Origin: Trichosphaerium sp. ATCC 40318
Taxonomy: Eukaryota > Protista > Tubulinea
NCBI GenBank assembly: GCA_038496445.1
Contig: JALMLS010000015.1
Coordinates: 558,001 to 622,000 of the forward strand
Direction of reading: 5' to 3'
DNA length: 64,000 nt
Shown here: positions 37,032 to 48,524 of the stretch, in pieces
Layout of the letters: each line of letters begins with the position of its first letter
Position numbering within the stretch: the stretch's first letter is position 1
Position numbers and translations under genes: made by a program
The notes under the pieces: model-generated
Database searches by the model: none
What the model saw: only the letters and a program-made list of their open reading frames with translations
Told to the model about the DNA's origin: nothing

Positions 37032-38092
37032 ATACTGTAGTGTTCCAAAATACAGAGCTACTCGTCAAGTAAATACGCAACAAATAATAAACAAGACCAT
37101 TCCTCGTTTGCTAATTCTTTGGATTTGCCTACCACTTAATTTTACTGAAATAGTAACACGTGACGTTGAAACTTGACCATCTTTTTTTGTCAACAGGTTG
37201 AAACTGAAATACAAGCATGTGTTTCAGTTGTTATCTGTACTACACTTTCTATCAATACAGTTTGAAACAAAAAAAGGGTGATTGCGTAGCATGCCACGGG
37301 TGTCCTTCTCACAGCAGTGAGAAAGGACGGTTGGGGGTTGTTTGTCTTTATTGCACTTGCAATTCAGACATGGCGAAATACGAAGTAAAGCATTGCCTAC
37401 AGCACTAAATCAGAAATTGTTGCCAATAAATAGATGATGGTATACCATTAATTACGAAGTAAAGATATTTCTCTCGAAGTATTAATCATGTTGTAAAAGG
37501 AGCGTTCTGCTACACATTTAAATTGATTGAAGAAGCATCTCTACTTAGCACCCATTAGTAATAGAAGAACAAATAACTTTTAACCAAACAGATTTCCAGA
37601 TGAAAAAAATTGTGGGAACAAACAGTTCAGTTTCTTTTGCTTTGTTTGCAGCATTATTGTGTCACTAGTTTTAGTCCTATTGACGTTATTTTTGGTCAAG
37701 ACGTTGATGAATCATCTTCAGTTTAATCACTGTAGCAAGCTTATACAATGGTGTACTACGATATAAACCCATTTGATGAGATTTGCTTTCGGAATGCTCT
37801 TTGAACATGTTTTACGTTAAAATCTTGCAATCTTCCTTTCAAGATATCAACTGAAAAAACCCTCATTTTAAACCCCAGCAAGAGCACCTGGAAGCGGTAT
37901 AAAGCGAACTTAAGTAGAGTTTAAGTCAAAAAATTCTCGATTGTCAATGCAAGCTTCAAGTCCTTGAAATCGATTTCCCTCCCAGTCATCATATAGATAT
38001 GATTCCAGTTAACACTACCAACGAATTACAATGAGTTAAACCGCGCTATGCTTGAGTTGACTTAACAGAAAACAATATTCATTGTTTTGCAA

Positions 38093-38687
38093 ATGTCATC
38101 GTACGATACATGTCTAAAATGTGGTAACCGAGTTACGACATCATATATTCCATACAAAGGCAAATTCTATCACGAAGAATGTTTCTGGTAACGTAAAAAT
38201 TAATCACATGTTTCGCAAGCCAACAAACGTAAAAAACGCTAACCAACTGCGCCAGTTGTGCAGAATGCAATAGTCCATTACTTGGTGTCCATAAAGAAAT
38301 TAATAATACGTTAGTATGCCTATCGTGCTTTAATAGAGTACATGCGCCTAAATGTGCGGTACGCACGTGTCAAACCTCGAAACAAATCGACCAACCAAAA
38401 AAACAAAAAAATTACCGGCTTTGCATTAAACGTATCAATAGACATGTGGAGTCACAATTTCTGGTAAATACACTATACTGGCAGGTATGAAAACACGCTA
38501 TTGTCATATCTTAGAACTTACATAACACTTAACTGCGCTATCTCCAATAGGTAAGAACTATCACCTGGCTTGCTTCAAAGACGAACTTCCAACGTGTTTC
38601 AAATGCAGAAAAGAAATCAAACGTGGCTATGAATATGTACTAACAGATAACACGTACCATATGTGGTGTGCTCCAAATCAACAATAA
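38093..38687 (+). CDS. Small LIM-domain protein (4 exons; absent from ORF track)
   Basis: CLKC..FYHEECFCCAEC..VCLSC|KCATC..YHLACF..TCFKC..YHMWC zinc-ligand spacing. Confidence 0.85.
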
Positions 38688-38784
38688 ACACCTAATTGCA
38701 GCGCAAAGCAAGCTCCAATAATAGTCTCACTGAGCATATTGCGAAGCATTCAAAGCAGTCAGAAGACATTAACGGAGACATGTG

Positions 38785-41391
38785 TTAAGTAAATGTTACC
38801 ATTGTCTTTACTTGCTGTGGTTTATATCTAAACAGTTGCTCTGGGTTTGTGTATCCTGGAGCGGCAACCACAGAGTCATAAATTTGCGTGTACGCTTCAC
38901 ATAAACCAAGCGCTACTTGACTTCTTAAATCGCTTCTATGATTCTCGTCTAGCAGTTGGTCTAGCGAATAAGCGCGTCAGAAAGAGTTTGAAACTAACGC
39001 ATAAACGTGTTGTTTTTCTTTGCTTACCGGCTATAGGAAGTGTTACTTGTGTTCCTAAGTGTAACAGGAACGATTCAAACTTCTCCATTGTCTTTTTTAA
39101 GTGTTCGGCTGACATTCCGGGTTCTTCGCATAATGACTTCTCTTGTGCCTCTCCAGTTTGAATGTAGTTTATAGTAGCAAGCTTTCCTGCTAACCCAGAT
39201 GTGTCGAGAAGCTTTGTTGTTTGATAGTATACTAATTCGCCCAGACTAGCGTTTATCTTGCCTAAAAGAGCTGTTAAACGCTGAAGAAAATGAAAACAAC
39301 GTAGATTTTATAAAAACCAGTGGAGGACTTGCGTCTACTCATAAAAGCGCGTAGAGGTGCTACCACACGCTTGACAAAACCAAAAATAATTATTTTTGTA
39401 CCAAGGATCTCCTTGTATTTTTTATGATCAGGTAGTTTCCTGACGAGTAATTCGATGAGATGTAAACAATTCATCAAGTATACAGCACGTTCAGACTCAG
39501 AAAGAGTAGATCCGCTCTTTGTAACAATTTGAATTATTGGATCAACCAAAGCATCAACAATCATCATAAATCCAGAATCTTGCTTTACAGAACCCATACT
39601 TTCCTTGCTGTGTATGCGTATAACCTAAAAATTAGAAATCATAAGAAAACCGTCCATTAAATGAGACAAGGACAACCAACAGTAACTTTTTTTCAAAAAA
39701 GGCGGCGAGTTGGTACGCACAGATTCAAGTCTATTTACGGCTTCATGTATCTCATGTGAAGGTGAAAGGTCTTTTGGTGGTACTGGTGGAGATCGTAGCA
39801 GCTGTTCTGTACGTTCATGAAGACAAGAGTAAAATTGTTCCATAGCAAGTTGCTTACACCTACAAATAAGAATAAAATGAGAATGTCAAGTGTCAAAACA
39901 AAATTAGACATACTCTCGAAATGTTTTTTGAAGAGAATTAGGGCCACCAACAATAGTGATGAATTGTTCATCATAAAAATTAAAAATATTAGCTAGCTGA
40001 TAGAGCACCAAGACATCTTTTTCTTGCTGTAAAACAGGCTCAACACGTTTTTTAAAAGGAACGCCAGTGTTTTCGATAGCCGTAGTTAAAATAGCTGCAC
40101 GCTGTTTGGTGTGTTCAGGATCATCTTTTGGCCAACCAGACATGACATCATTGACAAAACTTACTTCTTCAGCAAGTTGTTGATGAATATGTGCAGCCAT
40201 GTCAAGAACATAACGAACAGGATCATGAGATGTCATGTCAATAGGCCTATTGCCTTGTTTTTCACCACCTGTTTGCACGGCTTGAAGAAAAGCAGCTACA
40301 ACTGCAGTTCGTCTAACACCAGATATACGTTCAACACAATAACTGAAGGGAATAAGTAAGGTTCACACATAGCAAAAGAAATTCTGTAGCTACGCACTTT
40401 CTTAGGACAGGACGGTGTCGTAAGTTCCATAAAGCAGTTGGAAATAATTTGTTCATTACAGGTACTTCTCTACTCATAGTCCCACATTGTTCGCGCACCC
40501 ATCTATTAAATAATGAGTTGCTAAAATAACTCTTTTAAATCTTGATTACCTGTACAGTTTCTTGTATGCATGGTCTAAGTGTTCTGACATTGATGACATT
40601 ATTTCTAGTCCAGCTGTCTGATGCTGAGATCTTAGTAATTGTTTACACTCTGTATGTATAGTTTGTGCGCGTTCTAGCGCTTTAAAAAACTCCTGAACGT
40701 ATTGGTTATTTTTTGCTATGAATTTCAACAAAAAATAAAAGCACTGGTTGTGTCTCTATTGACGCACGTCAGTAATATCTCCCTGTGTAAGAGCAAGTTT
40801 TTCTTCCTCCTTTAAGCTATATTTGGCCAAGAAGACATCAATGACTTCGCTCTGCCAAGCATTTTGTACACTGATAAAGCGTTAACACAGTAATGATTGA
40901 AACGTCGCTTGCCTGTCCTGATGTAGCTTTTCAGCCTTGTCAAGAAGCAGTTTCGATTTTTCTTTAGTGGACGACAAGCGATTCTCCATTTGGTTCACTT
41001 TTCAGGCGGTTAGGGCTGTTAAAAATAATACCAAAGCGTACGCGTTTGTGACATCCCTTTCACTTCTGATTTTACTTTATTTAGTTCCTAACGCACTTTT
41101 AACGCGAATGTAGTTATACTTGTAACGTACAGTGTGGATGCCTCTGAAAACTTCTAAAAACTCTTGATTTACTGCTATACATCTTCTTTCTACTTGATCT
41201 CGTAGATTCCAGCGAGAAGACAGCGTATTCTCACCATAAAACGAAGAAAGGTTGGATAACGCGCTAACAAATTCTAAACAACGTAAATACGTCAACCTAT
41301 ATTTTTTAGCCGTACCGGCGTCTTCTGTGTTTATTGATAACACTTTATTAATTTTACGCGACGTAAACGTCGTAGATGACACTTTAGCCAT
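38785..41391 (-). CDS. COG6: Conserved oligomeric Golgi complex subunit 6
   Basis: SRKINKVL, FYGENTLSSRWNLRDQVERR, RPIDMTSHDPVRYVLDMAAHIHQ, PPKDLSP, VYLMNCL. The last codons are approximate. Confidence 0.92.
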
Positions 41392-41540
41392 AATAGTACT
41401 ATTTACAAACGCTCATGAGCTGCACACGTAGACTAATGCCTTAACTGCAGTTAAGGTGCTAACCCATTTCAAATAAACAAACGAGAACATAGAACGCAAC
41501 AGCAGAAACCATAATATACGCTCTGGGCGTTAAGAACGCG

Positions 41541-42661
41541 ATGGAAGACCGATTACAAGTACTACAACGACAAGCTAAAGCAAACGGCAATCCATACACT
41601 GCAGACGCGCCAAAGCAAAGTGACGATATAACTGACGATACATTCGGTAATAGCGATAAGATTACAAAGTTATACGAAATGGTAACGGCTACGAATGCTA
41701 AAATAGAGAAGCTGGATGCTCTAGTAAGATCTATCAACGATTTGATTACATCAACAGAGACCAGCAAGTACGGAACAATTATTTATGTATTTCGGACAAA
41801 CAATTTCAGTTTCAACGAACTAACACGTGTTAGAGCGGGTAGGAAGCAGCAAGAAAAAGAAGCAAACATCAGATTTGAGAATGCGTTCCTTATGGTTAAA
41901 GATATTAGGAAATCAATAGATAAAATTTCTAGTCCGGCTAAAGGAGACACTGAGACTGAAATACGTATGAAACAAACTATTTTGATTGGTTTTAAAGCTA
42001 AGATCCGGGAACACTTGGATTCTCTCGCTGAGGCACGTGATTCTTTTTTTTTTTGTTTCATTTTGATGGCTCTTTAGAAGTCTTGTTAACTCTATCGTAG
42101 CTTCGTATACAGTCTTCTGATAAGCAAAAGTCATTAAAAGAACATTTGAAAACAGTACAAGGGAACAACACCGATTTTGAAGAATCAGATTCTGAGTTAG
42201 AGGAGCTCTTTACTAGCAAAGCTCAAACAGCTCCTACAGGCATTGTACGTTATTGAAGGTATGAATTTTGTATTAACAGATTTACATAGTACGCACAGGA
42301 GTATGTCAAAGATAAACAGAAAGAAGTTGCTCGAATTGAAAAGCGTATTATTGAGCTATTTCAATTGTTCGAAGTAATGGCTACTATGCTTGATGAGCAA
42401 TCAGAATTGCTGGATACAATTGAATATAATGTACGAGTTCTTTCTATTACTTTAGTTGTGACGTGTGCTTATACCAAGTAGATGACTAATTTACAAGAAA
42501 ATACAACCGAAGCAACAAAAGGCATAAAAAAGGCATGGAAATACAAGAAGAGGCGAAGACGTAAAAAGTTCTGGATTATTGGTGGCGTTATCGTTGCAGT
42601 TGGTAGCGCATTTACAGTGGGTACACTATTATTACTAAAGAAGTTTGCTTGTATTGGCTAG
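41541..42661 (+). CDS. Syntaxin (Qa-SNARE)
   Basis: MEDRL N-peptide, SNARE motif EVARIEKRIIELFQLFEVMATMLDEQSELLDTIEYN, basic juxtamembrane KKRRRRKK and C-terminal TM. Confidence 0.85.
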
Positions 42662-42901
42662 TTAAAGAGAGCCCAACTTGTAAAATAATAAAACTCTGTC
42701 AAGTTTTAAGACTCGGAGATCGGGCAATCTATAACATTGTTTTTACGTTTTTCTCATTTTGGTATTTACAGTACTAGTACTGTACACTTCACAGCTCCTA
42801 TTTCGTTGTATAGTAACTCAGTGCCAACTGACTTTACATATTCACAGAAAAATAGGATTTGCTTGTCAAACACTAAAACTAGCATAATTTATCTTTCAAA
42901 C

Positions 42902-43267
42902 ATGGCTAACACCTACTTGACTATTGGCGGAGTTTTAGCTTTTGGCACATCACTTTTACATACTTTTGGCGGACAACAAGATCTAGTTAACCCATTAATG
43001 CAATCTGCAGACATACAACATGGCGTTAAAGCAATGTTATGGTCAGCTTGGCACATGGTTACATTGACTCTATTTGCAACTTCCTATGTAATGCTCAAGA
43101 ACGCTTATAATCGTAAAGAAGAGTCACGTGCAACGCTCAAGTTCTTGGGATGGATGTACTTAATGTACGGAGGGTCATTCATTGTTTCAAGCATTTGGCA
43201 TGAAACTTGGGCTCTTCAATGGGTTTTATTAATGCCAATTGGTGCTTTTGCACTCTTGGGTGCTTAA
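42902..43267 (+). CDS. Intronless 121-aa four-TM membrane protein of unknown function, bacterial-like
   Basis: Clean ORF with four hydrophobic helices and motifs LHTFGGQ..VNPL, WHMVTLTL, QWVLLMPIG. AATAAA downstream. Confidence 0.75.
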   Translation: MANTYLTIGGVLAFGTSLLHTFGGQQDLVNPLMQSADIQHGVKAMLWSAWHMVTLTLFATSYVMLKNAYNRKEESRATLKFLGWMYLMYGGSFIVSSIWHETWALQWVLLMPIGAFALLGA

Positions 43268-43507
43268 AAAGAAGAAAACCAGTCTGCACACGTGATTAAC
43301 AATATAAATAAACTGTTTGTTAAAACAGTTGTACATTTCGTGTCACAATCTAAATGTCAAGCAAGTTGTAATCCAATAAATCTCACTAGCTTCAGTATAT
43401 TCATGGATTGCAGCATACTGTTTTTCTAAGTTCACATTGAGACTTGTTATGTTTATGGAAGTGTGTACTAGCGCTTATTTGCGTATTTTCAAATAAATAC
43501 ATGCGAA

Positions 43508-45100
43508 ATGGCTGCTAAAGATCACGCAAAGTTGTCAACTGTTGTTATTACAGACGACACGGGTAAAGAAATCTATAGGGCTATTCGTAGATCAAAAGAA
43601 CTTTGGGATAACGGTTTTCTGTTTGGATCTGATGAAAACGTTTGTTGTATTGCTGTACCTCCTCACCCTCTCGTAAAACCTGTCCACGCACAATATTACA
43701 TTGTTGCGCGAGGTCATCACTCCTACGCCAAAGTTAAGGTGCTGAATACACGTTAATACTATCACAGTAGTTTTCTCATTCGTTCTAAGACCTTTGAAGA
43801 TGATACAATGGTCATGTACACTAACACAAAAGCCAAATTTCCCAAAGACTACGGACAACGCGTTAAAGATGCGTTGTCTAGTATATACAAGGGATGGAGC
43901 ACCAGGTTGACAACAACACTCGGTCCTTACACCGTATCAATCGGTGAGAAGCGGGTAATAGTTCAATGCAAGGAAACGACGCTCAAATTACTCTGTTTCA
44001 GGTACAAATACCTCTTTAACGAACTATAAACCAAGTATTCTTCAGAGCAATCAAAACGGAGCTGCTAGGCGACTGTAGGTTCGACAAGGAGGTTTTTCAC
44101 TCAATGCCACATGAGTTAGTACAAGGTGCGTTGCTTTAAGGGCAGAAAGTGTATTATTTAGTTTTCTCAAGTTTCTTTTTTTAGGACTTGTAAACAAGTT
44201 CTCGTCAAAGTGGAAGATTAACGAAAAAAACGCCCCCTTTCTTCTAGGCCCAAATACACATTCCTTGTGCTTGTACGAAATGTTTAATTCTGAAATCCTT
44301 CATCCATAAAATCGTACTCAAAGTGAGTGCGCGAAGCCAAAAACTCGTAACTTTGTGGTTAGAAAATTCGATAATTTTTGGCCTGTTACCACCTCCAAGA
44401 TAGCTGTCAAAGGATATTTTTTATTTACGTTGTAAATGACCTTACATAGCACTAGTGATGGTACTCATGGGTGGATAAAGGCTTCTACAATTCAACATTT
44501 TCAATTGTGTAAGAATTTAAAACACTTAGATGTTGAGTCTTGCAAATACTTGCAAGATAGTAGGTAAGTTCTATGTATAATGAAACAAAACTTAATTAAT
44601 ATAGCAACGGTTGGGAAGTAATTGTTAAATCATGTCCTGCATTAGAAACTGTAGCAGGAAGTACGAAAAAATCTAAGAAAGAAATAAGAAACTAACTCGG
44701 TTTTTTTTTTAAAGCGAAGATGGCCACTTTCCCAAAACTTGCTGTCTCTATCATACTTACACTTGAAAAACTAAAAGTTCTTTGTTGTGGGTGGGGACTT
44801 GATAAAGAAAGTCTAAAGTATCTATCACTTAACTGTGGTAACCTCGAAGCAATTGATTTGGCACGTTCGAAAGAGTTAGATGATGATATTGCTATTCAGA
44901 TTTTGAAGACAAACACAAAGAAACTAAAGATACTGAGACTACAGTGGACAGGTGTTCAGCATACACTAGGATTGAGAACGCGTTTATATGCCCATGAGAA
45001 TAAGATTAAAACAGAATGCCAAAATTATTGGTGGAGAGATGTATTCGGTAAAGGTTACCTTAACAACAGATATTATGGTGATGATGATGACTATGACTAA
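43508..45100 (+). CDS. Multi-exon protein with C-terminal RNI-like/AMN1-type LRRs
   Basis: CKNLKHLDVESCKYL, SCPALETV, NCGNLEAIDLARSKELDD, KKLKILRLQW. Confidence 0.6.
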
Positions 45101-45601
45101 AATTAGAGCAACAACAACCTTAGTATAACTCATTATTCAGTAAACACGGTTTTGTAAAGGACGTGTGGAAGTCAATATTTCTTTTAGAATAAAGCCTAAA
45201 TTCATCAAAGTGTAAAATAAGTTAAGTTCATAGTAATAGTGCAAGCAGTGTCACGTGGTTTGAAATAAGTTGTAGTGTAAAAAGTGAGCCTGTCAGGTTA
45301 GACAGTGGCTTGAATTACTATTAACACTGCACTACTTCTTTGTCGTGAAATCATTAGTAGCACTAAATACACTGAGCTGGAATCGCTTCAATATTTTTTT
45401 TAGCACAACAGTACTGCACCACCTCTACGCCTAGTACAGCTGTAGACGTCTTCCTACTCCAGTTTGTGAACAACAATTGTTTTACACAAAAACACCTACC
45501 CAGGATCTTGATAGACTTATTCGCTTGACCTGTAACTGTTGTGGAACAGGTTTAAGTCACTAGCAAAGAAGGTGTATTTTCTGTCAACAAGCGCTAAACA
45601 A

Positions 45602-47098
45602 ATGACCGATATCTTACGTAAGCTCTATGACTGCTTTCAACTGCGTTACACTAATAATGGCGAATAGGAAGGCTGGACAACGGATTGGCAGTGCTTGACA
45701 TTTCGTCATTTTCTACGCAAAACCAAGACGCTCAGAAGAAAGTAGCTGCTTGCTTAAAGCAAGGTACAGCACTAAAACCAGCTAAATAGCACTTTTATCT
45801 TGAAACTTACTTCAGTTTTAGAGATGGAGGGAGTCGGTGCTCTATGGATTACTGGGACTGGTATTGATCAGACTGTAGTCAAGAAAATGTTTGCTGAAAC
45901 TAAAAAATTCTTTCAAATGCCTCTTGAATACAAGAAAAAGCTTATTACGAGCGCCAAGATGGGTCGTGGTTATATTCCTTTCGAGACTGAGAACGCCAAT
46001 AAATTTGCGGTACCGCTAACACATCAATTATATCCTACAGCTTATTTACAAGGTGTGACAAGCCACAAACTTTTGTCGACAAGCTTTTAACTGTTTTTGT
46101 ATAAAACGTCACACTGAAGACTTAAAAATGGTCTGACAGCGCTATTAAGTGCTAATACACGCGGTTTCAATATTTTATTTTACATAGAAGCTGCAATGAA
46201 GAACTTTAACTGGCTTTTTTTATTCTTATTTTGTGAAAAATAGGGTAGAGACGGATTCCCAAATGACCCTATTGAGAAGTTTGGTATTGGTCCTTTACAT
46301 GTTCCAAACGAAGAAATGTTCACGTGTGATGAGATTAGTTGGTTCTACGATGATAACGTATGGCCAGATAACCCTCGTTTTGAACTTGCTTGGAGGGACT
46401 ATACTCATGCAATGAGAAATCTCTTGTTCGTTATTTTGAGGTACGGTGACTATCTGTGATGGTAAAACTAATTGCCATGAATAGAATAAGCGGTATGGCT
46501 TTAGGTATAGATGGAGAAGAACTCATAAAAGCACACTATAATGGACCTTTCTCATTGAAAGGACTGAACTACCCAAAAGTTGAAAATCCAAAAGAAAAAC
46601 AAGAAAGATTCCCTGAGCATACAGATGGTGGTACTTTTACAATTCTATCTATGAGTGATACAAAAGATTCATTACAGGCAAGAGATGTTTCAGGAAATTG
46701 GGTACGTTAGAACTTCATTAAAAACCAAAAAACTTCTATTTGCTTATTCTGGTTTTTCCGAAACAAACAGATCTCTGCTGACCCAGAACCGGGATGCTTT
46801 TTTCTCAATATTGGTGAAATGATGGCGCGTTGGACTAATGATAAATGGAGAGCAACGCCACATCGTGTAAGATGGCCATCAGTTCCTAAGGTAACCGAAA
46901 ACAATGGAGTACAGTGCTTTTCTTAGTTCTTACTTGTTTTTTTAGGAGCGAATGTCTTTTGCGTTTTTTGCTCTCCCTCGTCCTGATACATCTATTGATT
47001 GTATTATACAAGGATCTGAAAAGAAAAAGTATCCTTCTATCACTATGAACCAAATGTTGAAAGAACGGATGGCTGGTTTAGTGGCAACTAAAAAATAA
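45602..47098 (+). CDS. 2OG-Fe(II) dioxygenase, isopenicillin-N-synthase-like (DIOX_N + 2OG-FeII_Oxy)
   Basis: FFQMPLEYKKK..RGY, HTDGGTFTIL (HxD), NIGEMMARWTNDKWRATPHRV, RMSFAFF (RxS). Confidence 0.92.
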
Positions 47099-47324
47099 CG
47101 GAAAAATCAATAAATCAACTCAGAATTGTTATGAAGGTTTTATTATCATGGATGATACCTCTAAATACCAAGACTGTTATCTCATAACATATTACTTTTA
47201 AGCTTCAATACGACTTTCTGTCATCCCTTCTAAAAACACGATTGGAATAAAAACACCAATTTTGTAGTATCGTTTTAATGGTCTTTTCTCAGCTTCTTAA
47301 CAAGTATCTTACAATAATTTTGTG

Positions 47325-48419
47325 TCAATATGATTCATCAGCAAAATCCAAGGCTCCACTATTTGTTGGAGATGAAGTAGGTTTACAAAAATCATCATAA
47401 ACGCAAACCAATGGTCTTAATTCATCACAACAATCAAAGTTATTATTTGACATGTCACAATTTATCAAGCTTGGTAATTTAAGAATCTCAAGTGGAATAC
47501 AACCATCAAACTGATTATCATTAACAGCCTATACATGCAAACACTAATATTAGCAAGTAAAGAAACCTTAAGAACTCCAAAATTCACAGAAAAGTTTTAC
47601 CACGTACCAATATCCTCAAAGATGTCATGTTTCCAATTGTACTGGGTATTGTGCTGTTGAGTAAGTTTTGGTACAGATTCAACCGTGAAAGAGCGGATAA
47701 GTTACCAATACTGTCGGGTAGGGAACCTAGTTTAGTACAGTATGGTAAGCACTTGAACATTGCACGTGTACTTACCAACCAAGTTGTTTTCAGAAAGATC
47801 CAACACTTGTAGCTTATTGAGTTGTCCAATGAATGATGGTACTTCACCTTGTATCTTCGATGATTGCAACGTAATCTCGACCAAATCAGTTGCATTAAAA
47901 GAAGAAGGTATAGAAGTGTAAAAGTCATTATGATCCATATAGATTTGTTTTAGTGCTCTTGGAGCGAATGCATTGTCAAGAGGGCCAGATAGTTGGTTGG
48001 ACGACAAGAAAAGTCCGCTGAGTTTGCTTAGAGAGCCAAAAGAACGTGGAATGCTTCCTGATAAGTAATTACCTTTAGAAACACGTTAAAACGTTATAAA
48101 ACACGTGACATTTGAAGGGAAAAAAGCGTTGTACAATACCACTTAGATCAAGCTTTTGAAGCTCTGTAAGGTCTCCAGTTGATTCTGGTATGTATCCTTC
48201 CATTTGCGCGTTTTGAAGCGAAATAGACACCACGTGACTATTTTCACAGCGTATACCTGTCCAAGTGCATGCCTTGCTAGTGTCGTTTTTATTCCAATCG
48301 CTAGGTAGTCTTTGTATTGATGTTATAAAATCCAGTAAAGCATTTATCTCAGTACTAGGAAGCGCATAAACGTCAAGAGTATAGGCGTATACAATGACAA
48401 TAAATAGTACAAGCCTCAT
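47325..48419 (-). CDS. Secreted plant-type LRR protein (LRRNT cap + LxxLxLxxNxLxGxIP repeats)
   Basis: Signal peptide, EINALLDF..W..ACTWTGIRC cap, NYLSGSIPRSFGSL and GSLPDSIGNL. No clear TM found. Confidence 0.85.
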
Positions 48420-48524
48420 TTAGAAAAACCGCTTTGCAATGTAACTTAAGACTGTTAAGTACTGGTGCATACAAAGTAAAAATTGACAGTGCAATAAAAA
48501 AGTATCCAAACTCGTCTTTATTTA

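Noticed and set aside
37200-38010. Possible decayed coding sequence between paralog E and the LIM gene
   Set aside because: Some coding-like fragments, but no motif strong enough to assign.
41459-42134. Antisense ORFs over syntaxin (similar cases at 52419-52667 and 54610-54930)
   Set aside because: Shadow frames of genes on the opposite strand.
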